Origin: Octopus vulgaris
Taxonomy: Eukaryota
Direction of reading: 5' to 3'
Length of the DNA: 64,000 nt
Assembly: GCA_951406725.2 (NCBI GenBank)
Contig: OX597815.1
Coordinates: 149,296,001-149,360,000 of the forward strand
The position numbers and the translations under genes are program-made. The notes beneath the pieces are model-generated. The model was not told the DNA's origin, made no database searches, and saw only the letters and a list, made by a program, of their open reading frames with translations. The number at the start of each line of letters is the position of its first letter. The stretch's first letter is position 1. Positions 28,444-41,914 of the stretch are shown here, piece after piece.

Positions 28444-28524
28444 GAAATTTTGTATTTATTTCACGGACACCGAGTACTACCTTCGCAGACCATTAGAGCG
28501 CCGACCGCAGGTTGGGAACCACTG
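28283..28524. mobile_element. hAT/Charlie-like MITE with internal (TG)n
   Basis: TIRs cagtggttgccaatc / ggttgggaaccactg; TSD not recognisable. Confidence 0.5.
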
Positions 28525-28760
28525 CCATAAAGGCTGAACACCGCATCATTGGTCAGTCACGTATAGCATTTTAAAGAGGAAGGAACCCCATAAGAATGAA
28601 GTTCCTTGAAAAACTAGGGACTTATAGTTATATAAACAGTTAAGAAATTTTCTTAAATATTATATCATCATTATCCTATTTTCTTTTGAATGATTATTAA
28701 TTATGAGTACATATATACAGAGTGATGGTGGGAGCGCCAACACAAGGCACACACACAACG

Positions 28761-28796
<36 letters not shown>

Positions 28797-28995
28797 TTCT
28801 TTACTACCCACAAGGGGCTAAACACAGAGAGGACAAACAAACGGATTAAGTCGATTATATCGACTCCAGTGCGTAACTGGTACTTATTTAATCAAGCCCG
28901 AAAGGATGAAAGGCAAAGTCGACCTCGGCGGAATTTGAACTCAACGTAGCGGCAGACGAAATACGGCCACGCATTTCACCCGGCGTGCTAACGTC
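28797..28995 (-). mobile_element. SINE family A
   Basis: Reverse complement matches 7585-7816. Confidence 0.85.
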
Positions 28996-28997
28996 TC

Positions 28998-29109
<112 letters not shown>

Positions 29110-29284
29110 GTGCATGTACATACACACACACATCATCATTATTATTATTATTAAAGCTTGGAAAGGATCACAAAAAAATCTCAGAAAAAATTTGTCTTGT
29201 TTATCTTTTGTGATATTACTCTACCGCAGGTATTCGAGTACTAATTTCTACCATCTAGTTCGACATTTATGTTCCTTCATTATA

Positions 29285-29452
29285 TATACGACGGGCTCCT
29301 TCCAAATTCCGTCTACTAAATCCAATCACAGGGATTTGGTCGGCCCGCGGCTGTAACAGAAAACACTTGCCCAAGGTGCCACGCAGTGGGATTGAACCCA
29401 GAATGATGTGGTTGGAAAGCAAGCTCCATACCACACAGCTACGCTTGCACCT
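29285..29452 (-). mobile_element. SINE family B, 5' half
   Basis: cacttgcccaaggtgccacgcagtgggattgaacc matches the family B head. Confidence 0.8.
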
Positions 29453-29508
<56 letters not shown>

Positions 29509-29658
29509 ATGTGTGTGTATGTATATATATATATATATGTATGTATATATACATAGAGAAAAAGGGGAAGAAGAGATAGATAGATAGTGTGTACGTGAGT
29601 GTAAGCAGACAGACTCTATCCATACATATGCATATGTGTGTATGTATGTATGCATATA

Positions 29659-29717
<59 letters not shown>

Positions 29718-30460
29718 ATGCATACATGCACATACATATAATGTGTGTGTACATAGTAACGTATATATACTTCTCACCTGCGCTCACCATATTGGAAATC
29801 ATATGAGTGCAACTAAATCAAACCCTTCTTACTCTTATACTCGAAGACGAATATGAAAGTAGATAATAATACATCGCGCATTATTTTTTTATTCCAAACA
29901 ACGGGAGCAATAATTTCGATTTCAATAATATCTTCCTCTATAGGAATTTATAATAGAAAGTATATTTTCTGCATGATTGCTTCACATTACGGACCAGATG
30001 TTCCTCGTTCCTCGGAATATTAATTGCTTTGTATTGTAGTCATCAACCAACATGTCATAAATCGCAACGAAAATGTCATAGACATTTAATTTGTATGCGA
30101 TTGTATATTTTCTCCCCTCCACACGATTAATTGATTTCTGTTCTTTTGTTTCCATACGATTTATCCTACATACGCGAATACGACTACGTCTAGAAAAAAA
30201 CACACGACCGTGAGTGTACGCTACACAGTCACACATATACACTCATACGCACACACACACACACATACACAAAAAATTATTTATAACATATGGATTGATA
30301 TTGACTGTATTCCATATCTACGCCCTATCTCATATACATACGCATGCATTTGTGTATATAATGAGTGTATATGAATGCATGTATATAAATATACCTATAT
30401 AAATACAGTTGGTTATATTTAGTTATATCTGTAGATACTAATATTGAAACTGGCTCGTAT

Positions 30461-30948
<488 letters not shown>

Positions 30949-31137
30949 AATTTGAGAAAATTAGGGTATAAATACTACTTGTTAAAACCAAACCTGTAGC
31001 ATTACTGTATATAACGGTAATAATGCGACCTTACATATATATATATAATTAATTATAAAGATTACAATTATAATTAAAGTCACTGAAGCCACTGTGACTA
31101 TATGCTAAAATAAGACGGCAAAGATGCCTAACAATGT

Positions 31138-31430
31138 GGAGGCACATGGCCTAGTGGTTAGAGTAGCAGAGTTGCGGTCGAGAGATCGCGGGTTCGAACC
31201 TTAGACCGGGTGATGTGTGTTTATGAGCGAAACACCTAAGCTCCACGTGGCTCCAGCAGAAGGTATATGCGAAGTTCTTCTGACTCTTTCGCCACAACTT
31301 TGTCTCACACTTTCCTCCTGAATCTTGCAGCACACCTGCGACGGACTGGCGTCCCGTCCAGGTGGAGAACCTATACGCCAAGGAAACCGAGAAACCGGCC
31401 CTTATGAGCCAGGCATGGCTCGAGAAAGAA
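31138..31430 (+). mobile_element. tRNA-derived SINE family C
   Basis: tggcctagtggttagag A-box and gggttcgaacc B-box, followed by a non-tRNA body. Confidence 0.7.
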
Positions 31431-31781
31431 TACATACATACTAACCACTATGAGATTCGCTTCAATATACGCATGCTGAGTGCGGGGAAAGTGGACAAAC
31501 CAAAAATTCATAAAATAATTCGGATTATCCTAGATTGATCAATTTCTGTGTAAGTGTAATGACGCTTCCTTCATCAGTAGAATATACCGACAGTAATAAA
31601 TGTGAATATTTATACATACCCATACAAATGCACACGCATACATACGGATGCATAAAAAATATCCACAAATATATACGAATCGAATTACATTGTCCACCTC
31701 AACACGTCTCTATTTCATCAGAATAGAAGTAAATAATTTACTAATACACACACGCACACACAAACAAACACACACATACAC

Positions 31782-31847
<66 letters not shown>

Positions 31848-31849
<2 letters not shown>

Positions 31850-32178
31850 GGTAAAGACCCCCTTCGGTCATGAATGACCATGGGATTGCACCTAGAATGT
31901 TACCCTCCTAGACACAAGTCCGGGCAAGGTTGTTTATGGAAGACCAGCAGTCGCCCATGCATACCTGCCTCCCCTCTCCACGCCACCAGTGTTATCCAAG
32001 GGAAAGACAAAGGTCGATACAGCTTGGCACCAGTGACGTCGCAACTCATTTCTACAGCTGAGTGAACTGGAGCAACGTGAACTAAAGTGCCTTGCTCAAG
32101 AACACAACACGCAGCCCGGTCCGGGATTCGAGCTCACAACCTCACGATCGTAAGCTCGACGCTCTAACCACTGAGCCA
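31848..32178 (-). mobile_element. tRNA-derived SINE family D
   Basis: Minus strand: tggctcagtggttagagc..gagctcgaatccc..tgtgttcttgagcaaggcacttt; flanked by (TA)n. Confidence 0.75.
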
Positions 32179-32224
32179 TATATATATATATATACGACAC
32201 TGACCTCTTTTGTCTATACCTACT

Positions 32225-33050
32225 CCTTCAGCTCTGAATATACTTCCCTAACATCCAGGGAGATCTATACAGAGATGACGCTTTCTACTAAATCGTTTTC
32301 AGAACGAATTAAGAAAGATCTACACAAATTTCTCTCCAACTAAATCTATATATTACTTATGAAAATTCACACAAAACCAGTAATTTTTTAGACGTGACTT
32401 TAAACTTAGAAACCGCCAGATAATTTCCATATCACAAACCCAATCAGTACCTTGAGTACTTAAACATTAATTCCAATCACATCAACTCCACCGTTGATAA
32501 TATAAGTAAGCGTATATCGATTCGTATATCTGACCATTCATCCACCGAAGAAATATTCAATAACCACGCTCCATATTGCAATCAAGCGCTCACTTGACAG
32601 CGGCTTCTTCCAAACAACATATATCTCAAGTCATATTACAACTACATACTAACCATCTAATTTCTATAAATATGGATTATGCTGTCGCTAAGCAACGAAA
32701 CTCTTATCGGTATTTACGTACCATGGACAAAAAGCATTTCGCTCCTATACAACACTTCCTTTGGATAATTGAACTGCAACTCTAAGGTCTGGTATATATA
32801 TTTTTACTTTGCTTTTTCTTCTCTTATTTCCCTTTACACTTCCTTCATGCATCCTTTTCAAAATAACTCCTTATATTGAACACTACTATTTCCCTCTATT
32901 TACCTTTCTCATATTACCTCTGATGATGGGATATCCCAATTATCGCGGAAAGAGCTAAAGACGAACTTTCCTTCATTAAATGCGCTCTTTCTGCGAAACA
33001 AAGATTATATTTCTTCAATCCATTCACATAATGTATGGATTCTCAATTAC
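32225..33050 (+). mobile_element. Decayed PLE: RT remnant plus pseudo-LTR
   Basis: Frameshifted fragments LYRDDA, ERIKKDLHKF, FLDVTLNLET, PYHKPN..YLNINSNH, RISDHSSTEEIFNNHAPY..AL; 32645-33049 recurs inverted at 35706-36110; degenerate CTGATGA..GAAA at about 32920-32960. Confidence 0.75.
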
Positions 33051-33356
33051 TTCCCATTTAATCGCATGTAGTGTTTCGTTACCTTTCAATGTTCATACGT
33101 TCCTATCCTACTTCGTAGGTTTCCATTTGTCCCAATGATTGGTATATTGATTCTTAAATTCTCCTGCACATAATCCAATAAAATAATATCAGCGGTATTA
33201 TAATTTAGTCTGATATGAATATATATATATATATATAAAATAGTAAAAAGTGAAAAAACTACAGAAGGCTTGTTTTAAAAGGTTAAAAAATATATATTTG
33301 ATTCATTATGTCTGAAGAATGTTATAATTTTTTTTCCTACAATGTCATAGTTTTTG

Positions 33357-33396
33357 AAGAAATGACCGGTTTCGCGTTCAGCTTTTCAAATTTCTT
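33357..33396 (-). ncRNA. Minimal type-I hammerhead ribozyme, U3:A8 variant (inverted copy)
   Basis: Exact reverse complement of 34531-34570. Confidence 0.75.
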
Positions 33397-33988
33397 ACAT
33401 CTTTATGTTTACGTTGAGGAGTGTGAAGGAGAGAGTTCCAGATAAGGGGAGGTAATAAGTGATTTCTTCCGGTGTAAGGGAGCTAATCGCTTAATATTTC
33501 TTGCCTTTTTTTGGAGTGAGTTTCTCTGTATAAGAATGTTGGAATGGTTAAGTTTGAGCTTCTATTTTTTTCAATGAAGAATGTTTCCTTATTTAGTCTA
33601 ATTTGTATTGGTGTTCCGATAGCACATTGGTAAAATGGAAAGATTAAAAATTGTGGTAGTAGTTGCTTTGCGCATTTCTCAATGTGCCCACTAAAGGGCA
33701 TCATTCTGTATTCTGGGAATGCAATCTGTTGTCGATGCAGTATGCATCAGTGATAGTCCCGTGGACCCCACGTAGTTTTGGTGGCAGCCCGAGCATTTTA
33801 TGACATAAATTATGTCATATGAAATATTGGTAAATTCAGAATTTACCAATACTTCATAAGGACCCCAAATTAAAGGAAATTCTAAACACACACCAAATCA
33901 TTAAAAGCTACAAATAACCTAACTCACTTTAAAAAGATTCTCACAAAGGCAAAATTGTTTTCTGAAATTATGGATTCAAAAGTAAAAA

Positions 33989-34378
33989 AAATGTAGTAGA
34001 CCGAAATGTGCAACATGTCCAAACCTGCTAGAAGGATCAGAATTCCTCTTCAAAGAGGTACAGAAATTAAAGATCAAATCTAATTTTACTTGTGCCTCTG
34101 AAAGCATAATTTATGTCATAAAATGCTCGGGCTGCCACCAAAACTATGTAGGGTCCACGGGACTATCACTCAGACGAAGATGCACACTGCATCGACAACA
34201 GATTGTATTCCCAGAATACAGAATGATACCCTTTAGTGACCACATTGAGAAATGCGCAAAGCAACTACTACCACAATTTTTAATCTTTCCATTTTACCAA
34301 TGTGCTATCGGAACACCAACACAAATTAGACTAAACAAGGAAACATTCTTCATTGAAAAAATACACGCCCAAACTTAA
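33989..34378 (+). pseudogene. PLE zinc-finger linker plus GIY-YIG endonuclease (partial)
   Basis: KCSRPKCATCPN..FTCASESIIYVIKCSGCHQNYVGSTGLSLRRRCTLHRQQI..SDHIEKC..RLNKETFFIEK. Confidence 0.85.
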
Positions 34379-34530
34379 CCATTCCAACATTCTTATACAG
34401 AGAAACTTACTCCCCAAAAAAGGCAAGAAATATTAAGCGATTATCTCCCTTACACCGGAAGAAATCACGTATTATCTCCCCTTATCTGGAACTCTCTCCT
34501 TCACTCTCCTCAACGTAAACATAACGATGT

Positions 34531-34570
34531 AAGAAATTTGAAAAGCTGAACGCGAAACCGGTCATTTCTT
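34531..34570 (+). ncRNA. Minimal type-I hammerhead ribozyme, U3:A8 variant
   Basis: aagaaat-TTGAAAA-gc.tgaac.gc-GAAA-ccg-GTC-atttctt: 7-bp stem I, palindromic stem III ACCGGT, GUC cleavage site. Confidence 0.75.
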
Positions 34571-34729
34571 CAAAAACTATGTCATCGTAGGAAAAAAAAT
34601 TTATAACATTCTTCAGACATGACTCAAATATATATTTTTTAACCTTTTAAACCAAGCCTTCTGTAGTTTTTTCACTTTTTACTATTTACTATATATTCAA
34701 CCACGTGCTTACACACACCAACTTTCTCA

Positions 34730-34793
<64 letters not shown>

Positions 34794-34865
34794 TATACCG
34801 GAGTAAACACATAAATGTGAAACAAGGTGGAAAAAAGAGTACCCAAATACCAGTGGTAGAGTAAT

Positions 34866-35270
34866 ATGCTTTATTTAGAGCAGCAGAAAATTCAACAAAA
34901 CCTGTTACTCTGCATATTTTTAATGCATTTCAAGTTCCATGTATTAATTATATTTCCTTAATTTAGGTCAATATGTATTTTATTCAATATAAGTTTTTTC
35001 CTCGAATTTTATCATTTTTATATATTTTTTATATATTTTTTATATTTTTTTATATTTTTTTTAATTCATCTTTGTTTATCGCTCGAAATTTGGCCGTTAT
35101 TTCTAAAGGGCCAATCAAACAAGTCCATTTTTTAAAGGTGTAGCGTTTGTAATAGTCTCGATAGAATTCACATATCGATTCCATTCTAGCTAAAACTGTC
35201 CGACGAACGGCAACGGGAAACTCAGAGTAACAGGTTTTGTTGAATTTTCTGCTTTTTGAATAAAGTATAT
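34866..35270 (+). mobile_element. Small PLE-end remnant with inverted termini
   Basis: gcagaaaattcaacaaaacctgttactctg (ending about 34911) is inverted at 35223-35252; hammerhead in the right arm. Confidence 0.65.
35192..35238 (+). ncRNA. Type-I hammerhead motif with CCGACGA core
   Basis: ctgt-CCGACGA-acg.gcaa.cgg-GAAAC-tcaga-GTA-acag. Confidence 0.65.
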
Positions 35271-35289
35271 ATATATATATATATATATT

Positions 35290-35500
35290 CTTTACTCTCT
35301 TTTACTCTTTTATTGGTTCAGTCGTTTGACTGCGGCCATGCTGGAGCACCGCATTTAGTCGAGCAAATTGACACCAGAACTTATTCTTCGTAAGCCGAGT
35401 ACTTATTCTATTGGTCTATTTTGCCGAACTACAGTGTTACGGGGACGTAAACACAGCACAATCGGTTGTCAAACGATGTTGGTGGGAGAGAAATACAGAC
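35290..35500 (-). mobile_element. SINE family B, 3' half
   Basis: ttcagtcgtttgactgcggccatgctggagcaccgc tail. Confidence 0.8.
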
Positions 35501-35521
35501 ACACAAACACACCCACCCATC

Positions 35522-35631
<110 letters not shown>

Positions 35632-35644
35632 GATACATAGATAC

Positions 35645-35688
<44 letters not shown>

Positions 35689-35705
35689 TATATATATATA
35701 TATAT

Positions 35706-36110
35706 AATTGAGAATCCATACCTTATGTGAATGGATGGACGAAATCTAATCTTTGTTTCGCAGAAAGAGCGCATTTAATGAAGGAAAGTTCGTCTTTAGC
35801 TCTTTCCGCGATAATTGGGATATTCCATCATCAGAGGTAATATGAGAAAGGTAAATAGAGGGAAATAGTAGTGTTCAATATAAGGAGTTATTTTGAAAAG
35901 GATGCATGTAGGAAGTGTAAAGGGAAATAAGAGAAGAAAAAGCAAAGTAAAAATATATATAGAGGACCTTAGAGTTGCAGTTCAATTATCCAAAGAAAGT
36001 GTTGTATAGAAGCGAAATGCTTTTTATCCATGGTATGTAAATTCCAATAAGAGCTTGGTTGCTAAGCGACAGCGTAATCCGTGTTTTTAGAAATTAGATT
36101 GTTAGAATAT
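35706..36110 (-). mobile_element. PLE pseudo-LTR, inverted copy of 32645-33049
   Basis: Reverse-complement similarity over about 400 bp, seen by eye. Confidence 0.8.
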
Positions 36111-36904
36111 GAGTAAAACAGATGTAAAGTGTCAATTCATTACGGCCGTTTCAAGCGACTCTTTTTATTGATCAATGAAAGCACTATCCTCTTTCCGAAG
36201 AAACCGTTCTTATCTGATGACTGCCAACCCTTCAAGCGTAATGGAATTTTATTTAACAGAATTAAAAAAAAGAACTATATAGCGACAGACAAACTAGAAA
36301 TTAACATAGGCCAAATATGGAGTTTAAATGAGACTAGTGACCCCGTTACCTACACTTCGAAACTATAGGGAGAATATGGTCTTCAAAATATCTAATAAAA
36401 TAAAATAGTTAGGGAGCTATAAATTAGTTACTATCATGACAGACCATTAGAAAATTGAACTTTGCATCTGGCCATATCAACACCATAGGATAATTTCTGG
36501 CGTGGCGAACGACAATATTTGATAGGTGAGTGATGATAATTGAAAAAACAAGGGCATAGTGATCGCTAAGAAACGGGAGGAATATCAACTGCTTAATTGA
36601 ATAACTCTTAAAGGATTATGGGTGGAGTATAAGTTAAGAGAGAAAGGGGACGGTAAAATTTTATCTTAGTTTACTTATACCCTTAAGGCAATATATAAAT
36701 GTATAGATAAAGGCTAGAAAAGAATTTCAGGTATAAATAAAAAAGGAGATAACGTATAATACATAATAATATAAGATTTCAGTATATAAAGAATTTCATG
36801 AAAAAAAAGTATAAATTGCCACTGGAAATTTAGGCTATAAAACATTGAATATATAAAGAAATAAAAAATAAAAATATAAATAAAAAGAATATATATATAT
36901 ATGT

Positions 36905-39135
36905 CTCTCCACACCAGACATTGACATGAAACTAGAATGTTTCATGTCTTCTGTGTAAGTCGTATGCCAGAAATATGTCTCAGAGCACAAGGCCAAAACA
37001 AATAGGAGCAAGATTCCAAGAGAAAGGAAGATCCTCATGAGATGACGGACGAAGGTTGCAAATCGTCTTAACCAACATCCCAAAAGTAGCGAAACGTCCC
37101 GCCTAAAAACAACACTGATGGAGATCGAAAAAAGGCTGCAACAATCCTACGTGAAAGAGAAAGCAGACAAAGAAGCCTGGGTTATAAAAAACATTAAATC
37201 AAACCCAAAGGCCTTCTTTCATTATGCGAAAGAAACAGTCTCAGTGCACTACAAGATAGGACCCCTCCTCCAAAAGGATGGCTCCCTCACAGACAGTCCA
37301 ACTATGATCAGCGAGATGCTGAATGACCAGTTCAAAAGTGTCTTTACCTCCCCGTTGGAACACAGACAAATAAACGAACCAGTGGACCTCTTTGCCGCCT
37401 CACCTATAACCAGCGAGGCGGTTACAATAGAATGTATTCACTTTAGCGAAAACGATGACCTACTAGCCATACATGAAGTGGACACAAACTCAGCTGCTGG
37501 TCCAGACGGTTTCCCAGCCATCCTCCTCAACGCGTGTAAGCATGTCCTGGCAAAACCCCTCACGATTCTCTTCCAGAGCTTTCTTGCGAATGGCAAACTG
37601 CCAAGCAAGCTGAAGGAGGGAATAATATGCCCAATACATAAAGGGGGAAGTAGAGCAGATGCAATAAAACTATAGGCATATCTCTCTGACTTCACACATC
37701 AGCAAAGTAATGGAAAGGATAGTCAGAAAAAAACTAATCGCATTCCTTGAGGAAAATAACTTGCTGAGTAATACCCAGCATGGTTTTCGACCAGGTAGGA
37801 GCTGCCTGACCCAGATCTTACAGCATTATGACTGGGTGTTGAGGCAGTTACTCAACAAATCAAATGTGGACGTAATCTACCTTGACATTGCAAAAGCTTT
37901 TGACAAGGTGGATCATGGTATGATATGCCACAAACTACGTGACGTCGGCATAGCTGGAAAACTTGGAGTGTGGTTGCATGACTTCCTGAAAGATAGGAGT
38001 CAGGCAGTAGTGGTTAATGGAGCCACCTCTATGAACACACAAATAGTGAGCGGTGTTCCACAGGGCACTGTCTTGGGACCACTGCTTTTTATAGTGGCCC
38101 TCTCAGATATGCCCTCAAATGCCCGGATAGCCACTCTGGCCAGCTATACAGACGATACGAAAGTCTCGCAGAAAATACAGAACCCCAACGATGTTGCACA
38201 CCTGCAGCATGAGTTGGACTCAATCTACAGATGGGCTGAGGATAATAATATGCAGTTTAATGCTGAAAAATTCCAGGCTCTGCGCTACCAGCATCCAAAA
38301 CTGAATATTAAACTTACAGGATACACCGGTCCACAGGGAATTTCAATCCCAGAGCCTAAGTCTGTGAGGGACCTGGGTATCGACATGAGTGATGATACCT
38401 CTTTCCAAGTGCACATTACCAGGATGGCGACAATATGCAGACGACTGGCTGGGTGGATCCTAAGAACATTCAGAACCAGAGATAAGGAAACCATGATGGT
38501 CCTCTTGCGGACATTCGTCCTCAGTCGCCTGGATTACTTCTCACAGCTATGGTCACCCACCACTGTAAAATTAACAGCGGACCTTGAAGCAATCCAGAGA
38601 AGATTCACAAAGAATATCATCTCTTTGCAACAGCTGAGCTACTGGGAAAGGTTGAAACAGCTAAGACTCTACTCACTGGAGAGAAGACGGGAGAAGTATG
38701 CAGTAATATATGTCTGGAAGATCCTGGAAGGAATTGTGCCAAATTTTGACATTGTAAGCTACACCAATGCTAGAACGGGACGACACTGCATAGTGCCCAA
38801 GATCCCAGCAATGCTATCACGCTTCAGGACCAGCTCCTGCAACAGCCTGGGTTTCAAGGGCCCACAGCTTTTTAATATTCTCCCAAAGAGTCTGAGGAAC
38901 TTGCACAAAGTAGATGTAGCGGTGGTTTTTAAATCAAAGCTGGACATCTTCCTGTGAAGAGTCCCAGATGAACCTACCTCACGGCAAGAGGTGCAAATGA
39001 GAGTAGCTGTATCAAACTCCATTCTTCGCCAAGTGCCACATATTAGACGAGGTTCGTCGCAATAACAGTGTAGCACAAAACGGCAGTGCATCAGCATGGC
39101 CGCAGCTCTTAGCTGAAACTAGAAAAAGAAAAAAA
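36905..39135 (+). mobile_element. 5'-truncated CR1-like LINE (ORF2 RT region, 3' UTR, A-rich tail)
   Basis: Strong RT motifs; 3' end ctgaaactagaaaaag; both ends in (TA)n; second copy at 52148-53178. Confidence 0.92.
37118..39066 (+). pseudogene. LINE reverse transcriptase, disrupted
   Basis: GPDG, PIHKGG, NYRHISLTS (frameshift at about 37665), QHGFRPGRSC, YLDIAKAFDKVDH, GVPQGTVLGPLLF, YTDDTK, RDLGI, LEAIQRRFTK, LYSLERRR; TGA at 38955 where copy 2 has TCA. Confidence 0.9.
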
Positions 39136-40499
39136 ATATATATATATATTTTTTTTTTCTTTTTATAAGGTATAAATTATATGTATACAAAGATATGAAA
39201 ACAATGTAAAATATAAGAGTTTACGAAATATAATTTGTAATAAATATATAATAAATTTAGGTTCACAGTACACAGGGCGATCTATGAAATATTTTTAAAC
39301 TGTCAAAGTATTAATAAGCCATATGAAATCTAAGTTTCTATAAAATCTTACGATAGAAGGATATAAGATATAAGATTTATAAATATAAGAATAAGGATAT
39401 AAGATACGAAATATATAAATGTAAGAAAATTTTTGAGAGAAGAATTATTATAAAAACTATAAAAGATTATACTAATCTTTTTTTTTATTTCTATTTTTGT
39501 TTTGTGCATATATCACATGACAATAGCTCTGAAAGGTGGAAGGCGCACCTAAACCTAAGGCTGTTTAAGTTTTTGACTGTATCAAGTAACATCTCTCTCT
39601 CTATATATATATGTATGTATGTATATTATTTGTACACGGTGTGGTAGCTCTTTGGTGTTATACATACAACTTTAGTAAATAATTCATTTTTTTTACAATC
39701 TTGCAGATGTACACAATTATTTTCAGTGAAAAAAGAAAAGTTATTTTCCATCTTATTTACAGTACATAATTGATTAATAACTGCATTCGAAAATTGCTGA
39801 CAAGTATCTGGTGAATAAAAATAAACATCCATTTGAATATGTTGTATTCACAGAGTAAGCATAAAGAAGCAGAGACTGGCAGAGAAACAAAGAAGTTATG
39901 TTCTGTTAATCAGATACGCACACTCATTCACACATGAGGATAGATAAAGAAGACAGAATGAAAATCTGTGAGAATGAAATGAAGGAAACTGAAATTTGGT
40001 ATGCATAAAATGAAAATGTAATTAATGAAATTCTAAAAAGATATAATTCACATTCGTCAAAAGGAATTTTTAAACACCTGTAAAAACTAGTCAGAGTACA
40101 TGATGAATTATATGTAGTAATGTGTAGCATGATTTTTGTTCTTGAGCAGCAACAGTTACCCTATAGCTATGATACTCTTTCACTACTCCTGCTCACGATG
40201 AGAGATACATAAATTCTTAGCCACTAAGGAACATGCTCACGTTTCTAAGGTCAAGCAACTGACAAGCAAATCTGTGATTTGAGCATAATATTTGGTATAA
40301 AGGTATTTCTGTCTTAGCAACAAAGTGCTGAATCTGTTTGAAATGTAATGGAAAACTGGTCAGTTTCAAAATTTGTTATGTCCAGGTCATAAAAACAAAG
40401 TCTAAAGTGATTTCTAGATAAAAACAAATAGAAAATAATACTGACAAAAGATAAAAATATTAAAATTGTATGACACAGTGTTATTTGTGTTTTTATAGC

Positions 40500-40830
40500 C
40501 TGTTCAACTATGGTCTGTATATTTTAATAAATGCATTTTCCATATATCTGTTCGGTCTGTAGAATATGCAGCTCTTTGATAAAGAAGGAAGACTAGGAAT
40601 TTGTGACGTTTAGTTGTTGCGCATTTGTCCAAATGTTCACTGGGTTTGCTTTTTGTCTTGTTCATATTTGTTGTTGATGAATCGTTAATCTCATTCTCAT
40701 TTAATGAACTAGTATGTTTTTTTTTATAATAGAAACTTTCATGTATTCTCAATACGTTTGCAGGAACATCCGCAACAAATACACTGGCGACACATCTAAA
40801 CTTCTTTTCCGTCTTTACTTGGTAGCTTTT
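40500..40830 (-). pseudogene. Old Neptune-like PLE endonuclease remnant
   Basis: SEHLDKCATTKRHKFLVFLLYQ resembles SDHIEKCAKQLLPQFLIFPFYQ at 34240-34300. Confidence 0.5.
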
Positions 40831-41914
40831 GAGGATGTTTATTTACTTTCGCATTCGATTATTTTGTATGATTTCAGGGTATTTTCCATTCTTGGCTTTT
40901 AACACAATATGTTTTCGTCGATGTTACTAAATATTTATGTATTCCATGCGTTGTGTTTGTAGGATACCATCTCTTACGGTATCTTATATTTAGCCACCCA
41001 TAATGAAGAGAATAGTTCTTCTATTAGTTTACTATGAATTTCTATTCATATGATATCTTAATTCTGTTATATATTCATTATAGAATGCTTTATCATTATC
41101 TTCTATACACTATGTTCAGGAAATCTTAATGGTTTGTTTTTTTAGATTAAAATATCCCATTATTAGATTTTTAAATTCAATTTCTATCCTTCTTCTATAT
41201 ATTGAGTTAAATTTTCTCACTTTAATATAAATTTGCTACCTCCCGTATCCTTCAATACTTAATTCTACGCTAAAGTTTATATTACTTCTCCCTTTGGTTT
41301 TTCATTTTATTTCCCTTTCATTTTATAATCAAAATAAGCATTGGCCACACCCATCCTTCTTTCTTCCAGTTATCACTCCTACCCCATCATGCATTCCCTT
41401 TTTACTAACCCTAGCCCCTACATTTTTGTGTAGATAAAGCTAGATAATGACAGTCTAGTAGATTGTCTGACACTAATTGATTTATCACCATTAGATTACA
41501 GTAGACAACTCCATATGGATTTGATTCTAAATGGTTGAAGACTACATTCTACAAAAGTTTTCTAAATATAAGTAACTAGATCACCAATCTTTTTATCTTG
41601 ACTCAATATTTCTTCTGCTACTCTTTAAATTTTAGCAGACTTAGCAAGGTAGGCATTAGTTTCTAAACTCATTCGACCACAGGTGTGACTAAAGAAACAA
41701 TGTAAATATTTTGAGTTCCATTATTGATGTAAATATGTTCAGGAAAATCCTTGTGCCCTTTATGTTTCAAGTCTATACGGTCATCTGCCGAGAACGGTTT
41801 CTTTCAAATGATGTAATGTTTTCATTAATCAAAATGAAGGAGTCGCCTGAAATGACCTTAATGAATTGACACTTGTACATTTTGATAATTCATATATATA
41901 TATATATCGAGATA

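Larger units (their letters stand above)
33237..34688 (+). mobile_element. 5'-truncated Neptune-like PLE with inverted pseudo-LTR
   Basis: Inverted arms about 33237-33814 and 34105-34688; GIY-YIG coding region; flanked by (TA)n. Confidence 0.9.

Noticed and set aside
31138-31215. tRNA-like sequence with A and B boxes (also 32110-32178 on the minus strand)
   Set aside because: No complete cloverleaf and it continues into a SINE body, so it is a SINE head rather than a tRNA gene
32915-32965. CTGATGA..GGAAAgagct hammerhead-like motif (inverted copy at about 35795-35835)
   Set aside because: Stem III and the cleavage triplet are degenerate in both copies; treated as a decayed relic
36138-36165. 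Minus-strand GAAACGGCCGTA palindromic stem III motif
   Set aside because: No matching core found upstream
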